NCBI GenBank assembly: GCA_045602785.1
Contig: JAZSCF010000049.1
Span: 487-64,486 of the forward strand
Direction: 5' to 3'
DNA: 64,000 bases
From: Acutalibacteraceae bacterium
GTDB lineage: Bacteria; Bacillota; Clostridia; Oscillospirales; Acutalibacteraceae
In this document: positions 1-8,030 of the stretch, piece by piece
Layout: every line of letters begins with the position of its first letter
Numbering within the stretch: position 1 is the first letter of the stretch
Translations under genes and position numbers: made by a program
Notes under the pieces: generated by a model
What the model saw: only the letters and a program-made list of their open reading frames with translations
Database searches by the model: none
What the model was told of the DNA's origin: nothing

Positions 1-26
1 ATTTAAAATTTAAAGAAATTTATTAG

Positions 27-73
27 TTTTCAGGCACATTTAATTCGTGCCGTTAAGTTCAAACTACCCAAAA
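27..73 (+). repeat. 47-nt intergenic repeat, copy A (ttttcaggcacatttaattcgtgccgttaagttcaaactacccaaaa), contains a GGCAC/GTGCC hairpin
   Basis: 44/47 identical by hand alignment to 1166..1212, same orientation. Both copies lie directly 5' of a terminator hairpin. Confidence 0.8.
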
Positions 74-102
74 TCCCGTTTACGTAAGTGGGCGGGATTT
101 TT
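71..102 (+). terminator. Rho-independent terminator of an upstream off-window gene
   Basis: Stem aaatcccg (71-78) / cgggattt (93-100) followed by a T-run. The loop is large (14 nt). Confidence 0.5.
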
Positions 103-180
103 ACTTCTTACCTATTCACTCTTACCTAAAATGCAGGATTTTTTGGGAAGTAATAAGTAAAAATTAACAGGTAAGAAGTA

Positions 181-209
181 TTGCGGATTCGCCACTTTTA
201 TGTTATAAT
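181..209 (+). promoter_or_regulatory. Sigma-A type promoter for the YitT-family gene
   Basis: TTGCGG - 17 nt - TATAAT with TGt extended -10. The SD AGGTGG and the ATG follow at appropriate distance. Confidence 0.55.
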
Positions 210-230
210 ACACCAAAGGTGGCGATGATT

Positions 231-1124
231 ATGGAAACAAAAGTTAAAAATAAAGAAATTAATATAAAAAAAGAAATTGTAAACATCTTTATGCTATTAA
301 CTGCGGCTATTATTGGTGCGTTAGGAATGCATGTATTTGTGTATCCATCAAATTTTGCGCCGATGGGAGTAGATGGTATTGCCACTATGTTACAAACACT
401 CACAGGTGTGAATGCTGGTATTTACACCCTTGTATTAAATTTACCGCTCTTTATTTTGGCGTGGATTATTTTAAAAAAACGATATGTGATTTACACAATG
501 GTATTTATCATAGTTGTTTCAGGTGTACTGTTAATTTTAGACGAGATATCATTTTATCAATACATCACTGAGTCAGATAAAATGATATCGGCTATATTTT
601 CAGGAATTTTGTTGGGTGCTCGTACCGGTATTATGCTTAAAATAGGTGGTAGTGCGGGCGGTGCAGATATTATTGCTTGTGCAGTTCAAGCAAAAAAGCC
701 ATATATGAATGTAGAAAGAATTATCAGTTTAATATGTTATTTTATTATGGGATTATCCTTTTTTGTATATCGGGATTTAAACTGTATTTTCCTTTCGGTT
801 ATTCAGTTAATCGTATTCGAGTGGGTTATGAGAGTTATTTTAACACCAACAAGAAATGCCGTTGAAGTTAAGATAATAACAAAATATCCGAATGAAATTA
901 AACAAGAACTTTTATATATGCTAAAACACGGTGCAACTCATGTGGAGAGTCGAGGGATGTATACCGACGAAGAAAATAATATTATTTTTTCGGTAATAAA
1001 CATAAGGCAGATATCTGAATTTATGGAAATGATTAAAGAATATCCAGATACTTTTGTATACTATTCTGACGTAAAAGGAGTTCGCGGAAATTTCCGTTGG
1101 AATAAAGATGATGCAGCAAAATGA
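231..1124 (+). CDS. YitT family membrane protein (with DUF2179-like C-terminal domain)
   Basis: ORF 219..1124. SD AGGTGG at 217-222 favours ATG 231. Multi-TM N-terminal part (GMHVFVYPSNFAPMGVDG, GGSAGGADI) plus a soluble C-terminal domain are typical of the YitT family. Confidence 0.75.
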   Translation: METKVKNKEINIKKEIVNIFMLLTAAIIGALGMHVFVYPSNFAPMGVDGIATMLQTLTGVNAGIYTLVLNLPLFILAWIILKKRYVIYTMVFIIVVSGVLLILDEISFYQYITESDKMISAIFSGILLGARTGIMLKIGGSAGGADIIACAVQAKKPYMNVERIISLICYFIMGLSFFVYRDLNCIFLSVIQLIVFEWVMRVILTPTRNAVEVKIITKYPNEIKQELLYMLKHGATHVESRGMYTDEENNIIFSVINIRQISEFMEMIKEYPDTFVYYSDVKGVRGNFRWNKDDAAK

Positions 1125-1165
1125 TTTGATTTTGCATTAAGTTGTATTTTTTGGAAAATTCTTGT

Positions 1166-1212
1166 TTTTCAGGCACATTTCATTCGTGCCACTAAGTTCA
1201 AACTACCCAAAA
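1166..1212 (+). repeat. 47-nt intergenic repeat, copy B
   Basis: 44/47 identical to 27..73. Lies between the yitT-like stop codon and its terminator. Confidence 0.8.
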
Positions 1213-1245
1213 AATAAAGCACTTCTTCGGAAGTGCTTTATTTTT
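1213..1245 (+). terminator. Rho-independent terminator after the YitT-family gene
   Basis: Perfect 10-bp stem aaagcacttc/gaagtgcttt, ttcg loop, T-run. Confidence 0.85.
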
Positions 1246-1247
1246 AT

Positions 1248-1407
1248 CCAATCCGAAGTATTGGCATGTAATCGCCATTAGGCGAATGTAATCACGCGTA
1301 GCGTGTATGGCATCACCGCAGGTGTATTTTCATCGGATTGATTACATACATTTCTTTGAAATGATTACATTCCGACTCCGTCGGATTACATACAATGCTC
1401 CGCATTG
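1248..1407. repeat. Array of five short GC-rich tri/tetraloop hairpins interleaved with the 8-mer ATGTAATC (2x) and its complement GATTACAT (3x)
   Basis: Hairpins: tcgcc-atta-ggcga (1272-1285), cacgc-gta-gcgtg (1293-1305), cacc-gca-ggtg (1314-1324), tccgac-tcc-gtcgga (1371-1385), caatgc-tcc-gcattg (1393-1407). ATGTAATC at 1266 and 1286; GATTACAT at 1340, 1363 and 1384. Confidence 0.7.
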
Positions 1408-1433
1408 ATTTATTGCCAATTTTATGCTATACT
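1405..1433 (+). promoter_or_regulatory. Sigma-A type promoter for the deacetylase gene
   Basis: TTGATT - 17 nt - TATACT with TGc extended -10. The -35 overlaps the last hairpin of the array. Confidence 0.5.
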
Positions 1434-1455
1434 AAATTAAGGCGGTGAAATATAT

Positions 1456-2235
1456 ATGGAAAAAGATAATTTTTCAAAATTCCAAAAAGGTACGGTTGTA
1501 ATCTCGATAGATGACGGCAATGCGGATGATTTTAGAATATATGAAAATGTATTATTAAAATATAATTTAGGTGCGACCTTTAATGTGGTGTCGGGTTGGA
1601 TTGACGGCGGCAACAGTCTTACAAAAGAACAACTACGCACTATATATAATAATCCTTTAATGGAAATCGCAGCTCACGGCTACTCGCATAAAAACGATGA
1701 CGAGGATATTAAAAAGGGAATAGCAATGCTTTATGATTGGCTTGATATTAAAGAAAAAACAATCGGCTTTGCTTCTCCCGGTAGCGTAATGAAAAATGAT
1801 TTTATTGAAGAAAATGAAGCGCATTTAAAAGATTTGGGACTTCTTTATGTCCGCACTTCGAGAAATTTAAACCCTAGTAAGCGTCAATTAGAAATTCAAA
1901 ACCAACTAAAAAGTGAAGGCGTATCAGATTATATTATAGAAAATATACCGCAATTAATTTTTTCTTTTGATGGGTTGGCTGTTAATTCGGCTGTGGTGTT
2001 ACACCATACAAATCTTGAAGATTTATATAAGCTTGTTGATATAGCAATTAAGGAAAAGGCTTGTATTGTGTTTATGTTTCACAGGACTAAGAAACAAGGC
2101 GAGTTGAATTACGATAGTCTTTGGAGCTATGATTACGATAAATTTGAAAAATTTGCTGAATATTTACATAATAAGAGAGCTAATGGCGAAATTGATGTTC
2201 TCACAAATAAACAGGCTTTTCTCTCTGATTTTTAG
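1456..2235 (+). CDS. Polysaccharide deacetylase (NodB-homology) family protein, no signal peptide
   Basis: VVISIDDGNADDF and HGYSH motifs; SD GGCGGTG upstream. Confidence 0.7.
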   Translation: MEKDNFSKFQKGTVVISIDDGNADDFRIYENVLLKYNLGATFNVVSGWIDGGNSLTKEQLRTIYNNPLMEIAAHGYSHKNDDEDIKKGIAMLYDWLDIKEKTIGFASPGSVMKNDFIEENEAHLKDLGLLYVRTSRNLNPSKRQLEIQNQLKSEGVSDYIIENIPQLIFSFDGLAVNSAVVLHHTNLEDLYKLVDIAIKEKACIVFMFHRTKKQGELNYDSLWSYDYDKFEKFAEYLHNKRANGEIDVLTNKQAFLSDF

Positions 2236-2244
2236 GGGATATGT

Positions 2245-2331
2245 ATGAATAGTATTTCGGGTAAATATATTTCAATTTTAGGCGCCAGTACTTATACCTT
2301 TAATGTTTGTAATGATTCAACGATACAATAG
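2245..2331 (+). pseudogene. Possible remnant of an SGNH/GDSL-type hydrolase N-terminus (28 codons)
   Basis: Translation MNSISGKYISILGASTYTF... resembles the ISILGDSxS block I N-terminus of SGNH hydrolases, then stops. Confidence 0.2.
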
Positions 2332-2382
2332 ACCAAGGGTTTAATATTTGTTAATTGTCATAGCAACAAATAAAATACATAC

Positions 2383-2416
2383 AAAACCATCACAAGTGGG
2401 CGGTTTTAATTTTTCA
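2383..2416 (+). terminator. Weak terminator-like hairpin, related in sequence to 71..102
   Basis: aaaacc / ggtttt stem with a loop ending aagtgggc, then a T-rich tract. Shares aagtgggcgg with the hairpin at 86-96. Confidence 0.4.
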
Positions 2417-2422
2417 AAAATA

Positions 2423-2451
2423 TTGCTACTTTACTATAAATGTGATATAAT
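2423..2451 (+). promoter_or_regulatory. Candidate sigma-A promoter
   Basis: TTGCTA - 17 nt - TATAAT with TGa extended -10. It sits very close to the start codon, so the mRNA would be almost leaderless. Confidence 0.4.
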
Positions 2452-2464
2452 CCACTAGGTGGTG

Positions 2465-3040
2465 TTAATGAGTTTTAATGTTGACGGACTAATTGCTACT
2501 TTAGGCATTAGTTATTATATAATTGTTTACGCTATTGGTATTCTTGCAATGGTACTTTCGGTTATAGCGTTTCAGTTCAAACATAGAGTCACCATTGTTT
2601 TAAGTAGCTTTTTTGGTCAAAGCAGTTGGGTTGCATACTTTCTTTTGCAAGGTGACCTTACAAGCGCAATTGCTTGTGGATTAAGTGCTATAATGCTTGC
2701 GGTTTTCTCTAAAAGTGATAAATGGAAATGGGCAACGCATCCTGTAAGTATTATATTTTTTATAGTTCTTCTGTCCGCTTTTTCTCTTCTATCCTTTAAA
2801 GGCTGGATGGATATTTTTCCGCTTTTGGCAGGCGTTTTTGCAGTTATTGCAAATAGCCGAAAAACCGAAAATAGTTTACGCCTATATTCTTTATTATGGT
2901 GCCTGTTTTGGCTTATGAATAGTATATTTAAGGCATATCCTGTAGCTTTTGTAAATGATGCGTTATGTACGGCATCTACTATAATTTCTTTAATACGCTA
3001 TAGAAATATGTCTACAAAGAGTGAAGATGATAATAAATAA
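2465..3040 (+). CDS. YgjV-like inner membrane protein
   Basis: ORF 2459..3040 (GTG), first ATG at 2465. About six hydrophobic segments and a size and pattern reminiscent of the YgjV family. Confidence 0.45.
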   Translation, partial: LMSFNVDGLIATLGISYYIIVYAIGILAMVLSVIAFQFKHRVTIVLSSFFGQSSWVAYFLLQGDLTSAIACGLSAIMLAVFSKSDKWKWATHPVSIIFFIVLLSAFSLLSFKGWMDIFPLLAGVFAVIANSRKTENSLRLYSLLWCLFWLMNSIFKAYPVAFVNDALCTASTIISLIRYRNMSTKSEDDNK

Positions 3041-3062
3041 GTTATAATTATAGGGTGAATTT

Positions 3063-3701
3063 ATGAATACATATCTTTTTGATTTTGACGGAACGCTGGT
3101 AGACTCGATGCCTACCTATGTTAATGCAATGCTTCGTATTTTAGATGAAAACGGCATTACTTACGGTGATGATATTGTAAAAATTATAACTCCGCTTGGC
3201 GTTTTAGGTACTGCTGATTATTATATTAAAATGGGGTTAAAACTTCCAAAAGATGAGATAATTGATTTAATGAAGCGTTATATGGCGGAAGAATATTTTT
3301 ATAATATTCCTGCTAAAAAGAATGTTATTTCGGTACTTAGGCAGTTAAAAGAAAATGGAGCTAACCTTAATGTTTTAACCGCTAGTCCGCATATAACCTT
3401 GGATGCTTGTTTAAAAAGACTTGGTATATACGATTTATTTACAAATGTATGGTCGTGTGATGATTTTAATACCACAAAGGCAGACCCAAATATTTATGTA
3501 ATGGCGGCAAAAGAAATAGGCGAAAAAGTTGAGAATGTTTTGTTTCTTGACGATAACTTTAATGCTGATAAAACCGCCAAAGCCGCAGGTATGAAGGTGT
3601 GCGGTGTTTATGATGCTTCATCGGATGAATACACCGAAGAAATTAAGGCAATTACTGATTATTATATATATGATTTTTCAGAATTACTTGAATTAGAATA
3701 A
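3063..3701 (+). CDS. HAD-superfamily hydrolase
   Basis: N-terminal LFDFDGTLVDS motif I and a late FLDDN motif. Confidence 0.8.
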   Translation: MNTYLFDFDGTLVDSMPTYVNAMLRILDENGITYGDDIVKIITPLGVLGTADYYIKMGLKLPKDEIIDLMKRYMAEEYFYNIPAKKNVISVLRQLKENGANLNVLTASPHITLDACLKRLGIYDLFTNVWSCDDFNTTKADPNIYVMAAKEIGEKVENVLFLDDNFNADKTAKAAGMKVCGVYDASSDEYTEEIKAITDYYIYDFSELLELE

Positions 3702-3712
3702 AGGGGACTAAA

Positions 3713-4465
3713 ATGGAAAATTTGTTTTCTTGTGCTATGGATATTGGTGAGCAAATGCTTATTTCGGGCGCCGAAGTTCATAGGGTTGAAGAAAGCATTA
3801 GCCGTATTTGCTACGCTTTAGGCGCAAAAAGGGTTGATGTTTTTATAATTACAAGCAGTATGGTTGTTACTATTCAAACCGAAGAAGATAAAACATACAC
3901 ACAAACAAGGCGTGTTGTTAGCAGTAATATTAATTTTGAAAGAGTGCATCTTTTAAATCAATTATCGAGAGAAATTTGTGAAAAATCTCTTTCAGAGCAG
4001 GAAATAAGAGAAAAATTTGAAAAAGCGGTTAATTGCAAAAAGTATTCATTTTGGTTAGAGCTTGCTTCTTATGCAGTAATTGCTGCCGTTTTCACACTGT
4101 TTTTTGGTGGTACTGTTATAGAGTCAATAGTCTCTTTATTTATTGGTGCAATTGTAAGAGTGGCACTTTTCTTGTGCGAGAAAATAATCTCTAACAAAAT
4201 TTTCGGCAAATTTCTTTCAACAATAATTATTACATTTTTAGCCTATTTATCCATTAAAGTTGGGTTTATAACTAACGTAGATAAAATTATCATAGGTAAT
4301 ATTATGACCCTTATTCCAGGTATTGGTTTAACAAATGCTTTGCGCGATTTATTTACAGGGGATAGCATAGCTGGTCTTTTGCGTTCAATTGAGGCGGTTT
4401 TAACCGCCCTTGCTATAGCGGCAGGATATATTCTTGTTGCCTTTTTTGGAGGATTTGCGCTATGA
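3713..4465 (+). CDS. Threonine/serine exporter family protein (ThrE/YjjP-like, DUF1212 part)
   Basis: ISGAEVHRVEESI motif and C-terminal TM bundle. Overlaps the partner gene by 4 nt. Confidence 0.75.
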   Translation: MENLFSCAMDIGEQMLISGAEVHRVEESISRICYALGAKRVDVFIITSSMVVTIQTEEDKTYTQTRRVVSSNINFERVHLLNQLSREICEKSLSEQEIREKFEKAVNCKKYSFWLELASYAVIAAVFTLFFGGTVIESIVSLFIGAIVRVALFLCEKIISNKIFGKFLSTIIITFLAYLSIKVGFITNVDKIIIGNIMTLIPGIGLTNALRDLFTGDSIAGLLRSIEAVLTALAIAAGYILVAFFGGFAL

Positions 4466-4917
4466 CAACAAATCAAATTATTCAAATTTTAGCAGGCTTT
4501 GTTGGGTCTATGGGCTTTGCAGTTCTATTTAATGTTCGCGGAATAAAGTTATTTATAGCATCTATTGGCGGATTAATATCTTGGTTATTATTTGTTCTTT
4601 TAAGCAAAGGAATAAGTAACGAGCCTGTAAATTACTTTATTGTAGCGTTGGTTATTTCTTTATATGCCGAAATAATGGCAAGGGTATTTAAAACCCCTGC
4701 ATCAACCTTTGTTACAACTTCCCTAATACCGCTAATTCCCGGTAGCTCGCTTTACTATACTATGACCTATGCCTTTAATCGAAGTTTTGAAGACTTTTTG
4801 CAAAAGGGTATTTACACTTTACAGTTAGCGGCAGCTTTGGCTTTGGGTATTATTGTATCAACCGCCCTCACTCGAATATTGTACCGAGTAAAGTTTAGAA
4901 AAAAGAATATTAATTAA
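4462..4917 (+). CDS. Threonine/serine exporter family protein (YjjB-like, DUF3815 part)
   Basis: Small 4-5 TM protein, ATGA-coupled to the preceding gene. This is the typical two-gene arrangement. Confidence 0.7.
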   Translation: MTTNQIIQILAGFVGSMGFAVLFNVRGIKLFIASIGGLISWLLFVLLSKGISNEPVNYFIVALVISLYAEIMARVFKTPASTFVTTSLIPLIPGSSLYYTMTYAFNRSFEDFLQKGIYTLQLAAALALGIIVSTALTRILYRVKFRKKNIN

Positions 4918-4920
4918 AAC

Positions 4921-4953
4921 AAAAAACTTCTCAAAAAAACTGAGAAGTTTTTT
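4921..4953. terminator. Bidirectional terminator between convergent genes
   Basis: aaaaaacttctca / tgagaagtttttt with an A-run and a T-run on either side. Confidence 0.8.
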
Positions 4954-5002
4954 AAACTTTTTGATTACAAAACATAAAAAATATGTTATAATATTCTAGA
5001 TA

Positions 5003-5845
5003 TTATTTTGGATAATAATGTTGACAAAATTTTTTAGGGCTTTCTCCCCAAAAACGCTTAAAGGTTTTGCTAAAGTAGTATTCATCGGGAAAATCTAAAG
5101 CTTCGGCAACCTCTCTAATATTATATTCGCCTGTAAGCAGTAGCTCAATGGCGCGTTGCGTTTTAAGATAATTTTTATATTCAATGGGTGTTTTGCCTGT
5201 AATTTCTTTAAACTTTTTTCTAAACGCGCTTTGACAAAGGCTGCAGCTTTCAGCCATAGCGGCTACATCAACCTTGGATAATGGGTTGTTTTCAATTTGG
5301 AAAATAGCGTTATAAATAGAGTCCCTTTTCTTAATTTCCTTTTTTATAGAGCTATTGAAAAGAACATATAATAGCTTTGTGAGCAGTGAAAGGCACATAA
5401 AATTAGAGCCGTAACTATGCTCAGAGCATAATTCGGTAATTTGATTAAAGTAGGAAAGATACATATCCCCATGGTCGTGCGCTATTACCGAAATATTGTT
5501 GGATATATTGATATTGGTATTATCTTTATTAGTAATTAAAAATAAAATTAAAACATGGTCAATGTTATTTTCATCTTCCCAAACCGAGTCGTATTCTACA
5601 TTGTGGGGAAGATATACAATATCACCCTTTGTAGCAGTAATTTTTCGGGTTTTAGTGCCTTGGTATTCAGTGAATTCGGTTTTGCCGTTTCTTACATAAA
5701 ACAATCGGCTATAAGGACGCATATTTTTTCTGCAAGAAAAGCTTTTTACCTGCTTTGTTTCCTTAGAGTCTTTGGCTAATATAAAGGAAATACTTATGTT
5801 TTCGTTAAAAATGTTAAAATCGTTGAACAATCCATAACACCTCAA
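5003..5845 (-). CDS. AraC family transcriptional regulator (cupin N-domain plus HTH), divergent from operon 1
   Basis: C-terminal AraC HTH (AFRKKFKEITGKTPIEYKNYLKTQRAIELL, FSKTFKRFWGESP). The start is a TTG in the ORF track and the N-terminus is uncertain. Confidence 0.8.
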   Translation of the reverse strand: MRCYGLFNDFNIFNENISISFILAKDSKETKQVKSFSCRKNMRPYSRLFYVRNGKTEFTEYQGTKTRKITATKGDIVYLPHNVEYDSVWEDENNIDHVLILFLITNKDNTNINISNNISVIAHDHGDMYLSYFNQITELCSEHSYGSNFMCLSLLTKLLYVLFNSSIKKEIKKRDSIYNAIFQIENNPLSKVDVAAMAESCSLCQSAFRKKFKEITGKTPIEYKNYLKTQRAIELLLTGEYNIREVAEALDFPDEYYFSKTFKRFWGESPKKFCQHYYPK

Positions 5846-5956
5846 TTCTTCTACTGTGTCATATTATACATTTTTTTAATTGATTTGTCTATGGTTAATT
5901 TCTTCAAAAATGATATATTTATATTAGAAAATTATTTTTGAAAGGCCGTGTGTTTT

Positions 5957-7225
5957 ATGAAACTTAATATTGGTATTGTTGGCTTTGGTGAGTTTTCTCG
6001 TACCTTTTTAGAGCTATTTTTACACCATCCTAATGTAGAAGCGGTAAAAGGTGCGGAAATTATGGATGACCGCCGCCAAGAGATTGCTAATCAGTTTGGA
6101 ATAACTATGTATTCATCGTTTGAAGAAATGCTCGAAAAAGACAAGGAACTTAATGCGGTTGCAATTTTTTCTCAAAGACATCAGCACGGTCCTATGGCGA
6201 TTGAAGCCTTAAAAGCAGGTAAGCACGTGTTCAGCGCCGTGCCTGTTGGCTGTACCGAAGAAGAAATTAAGGAAATTGTTCGTTTAGTAGAAGAAACGGG
6301 TCTTACTTATATGGCGGCTGAAACCTGCTATTATTTCCCTTGCGCAGTATTTTGCCGTGAAAAGTTTAAAACAGGCTATTTTGGTGAGTTTGTTTATGGC
6401 GAGAGCCAATATTATCATGATATTTCTGCTATGTTTGATTCATTCTCGGGTTCGGGTGGTAATGAATGGAAAAAGGTTGCAGGTGTTCCGCCTATGTATT
6501 ATTCAACCCACTCAATGTCTATGATGTTCTCTTCAATAAACGACCATCCTGTTTCAGTTACCTGCTTTGGTTATGAAGACAAAACAGGTGATGATATTTA
6601 CGGCGAAGGTAAAAACCATTGGGATAACCCATTCTCAAACGAAACTGCAATTTTCGAGATGTCTAAGGGTGGCTTTGCTAGAATAAACGAGTTTAGAAGA
6701 ATTGGTACCTTTAAACCTTCTTCTTACATAACAGGTCTTTACGGTAAGCTTGGCGCTTATGAAGGTAGCGGTATGAATCATTTTGTCATTCGTGGTGATG
6801 TAAATGAACACCCCGAAAGCGAAGATGTTAGTCACCTTATAAATGCTCAAAAATATGAAAGCGTAAAATCGCAAATAGACCAAAGTGAAGGTAGAATGAA
6901 TTATCTTAAATATCATACAGGCTATTCTGCTATTCATAATGTTGAGCGTTTGCCAAAAGAAATAGCACATTTAGAAAGTAAGTTTGGATATACACTTGAC
7001 GGGCATAATGGCACTCACGTATTCCTAGTTGATGACTTTGTGCGTGCAGTTTGTTCGAACCTTGTACCACCAAATAATATTTGGGATTCAGCCGTTTATG
7101 CTGTAGCAGGTATTACTGCGCATAATTCGGCTTTGCAGGGCGGTAAATCACTTCCTGTTCCGTTCTTTGGTAATGCGCCTGAAGGCTGGGAACAAAAGTG
7201 GGAAGAGGAATTAAAAAATAATTAA
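5957..7225 (+). CDS. Gfo/Idh/MocA family oxidoreductase (long C-terminal domain)
   Basis: IGIVGFGEFS Rossmann start and EKP-like block. ATG 5957 lies within ORF 5948..7225. Confidence 0.8.
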   Translation: MKLNIGIVGFGEFSRTFLELFLHHPNVEAVKGAEIMDDRRQEIANQFGITMYSSFEEMLEKDKELNAVAIFSQRHQHGPMAIEALKAGKHVFSAVPVGCTEEEIKEIVRLVEETGLTYMAAETCYYFPCAVFCREKFKTGYFGEFVYGESQYYHDISAMFDSFSGSGGNEWKKVAGVPPMYYSTHSMSMMFSSINDHPVSVTCFGYEDKTGDDIYGEGKNHWDNPFSNETAIFEMSKGGFARINEFRRIGTFKPSSYITGLYGKLGAYEGSGMNHFVIRGDVNEHPESEDVSHLINAQKYESVKSQIDQSEGRMNYLKYHTGYSAIHNVERLPKEIAHLESKFGYTLDGHNGTHVFLVDDFVRAVCSNLVPPNNIWDSAVYAVAGITAHNSALQGGKSLPVPFFGNAPEGWEQKWEEELKNN

Positions 7226-7244
7226 TTTTGAAAGGTTTGATTAT

Positions 7245-8030
7245 ATGAAAGTAAGCAGTTGTATTGATATGATGTTCGCAAATATGGATTTTAATGATAG
7301 AATTGAATCTGTCAAACAGTGCGGTCTGGATGGAATCGAGTTTTGGAAATGGACTAATAAGAATTTAGACGAGGTTATAGCGCTTAAAGATAAACACAAT
7401 TTAGGCTTTGCTGTATTTAATATTGATTCTACTGATGAAAAGCTTTCTTACGATCTTTCAAGGGGTATTTTAAATGCAGGTAGGGTAGAAGAGTTTTTAA
7501 AAGCTTTACAAGAAAGTATACCCGTATATAAAAGATTAAATGCATCGGCTATGATAGTGCTTGTTGGTGAAACCATAGCTGATATGCCATGTGAAGAACA
7601 AATTGAAAATGTTTATAAATGTCTTAAAGCAGCGGCACCTGTGGCTGAAGCAAACGGAATAATAATAGTGGTTGAACCGTTAAACTCTGTCGACCGCGAA
7701 AATTACTTTTTACCTTACGCTAAGGATCTTATGGATATACTTGACCGCGTAGACAGTAAAAATGTGAAAATGCTTTATGATATTTATCACCAAAATGTTA
7801 TGGGTGATTTTTCAATGGATTTCATTAAAGCTAATATTAATAGAATCGGTCATTTCCATGTTGCTGATTGCCCCGGTAGACACGAGCCAGGGACCGGTAA
7901 AGTTGATTATGTACCCATAATTGAAGAAATAAATAAAACTAATTATAGCGGTTTTATTGGTCTTGAATACAGAGCAACAAAACCCGACTGTGAAACTTTA
8001 GGTTTTTTGAAGGAGATAAAGAATGTTTAA
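7245..8030 (+). CDS. Hydroxypyruvate isomerase / inosose isomerase-like xylose-isomerase-fold TIM-barrel protein
   Basis: GLDGIEFW, VEPLNS.DRENYFL and IGHFHVADCPGRHEPGTG motifs are typical of the Hyi family. Confidence 0.7.
   Translation: MKVSSCIDMMFANMDFNDRIESVKQCGLDGIEFWKWTNKNLDEVIALKDKHNLGFAVFNIDSTDEKLSYDLSRGILNAGRVEEFLKALQESIPVYKRLNASAMIVLVGETIADMPCEEQIENVYKCLKAAAPVAEANGIIIVVEPLNSVDRENYFLPYAKDLMDILDRVDSKNVKMLYDIYHQNVMGDFSMDFIKANINRIGHFHVADCPGRHEPGTGKVDYVPIIEEINKTNYSGFIGLEYRATKPDCETLGFLKEIKNV

Noticed and set aside
1248-1407. The hairpin array was considered as a possible CRISPR array or degenerate CRISPR remnant.
   Set aside because: The units are only about 20 nt with no constant repeat separated by unique spacers of regular length. 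There are no cas genes in the window, and the motifs occur in both orientations.
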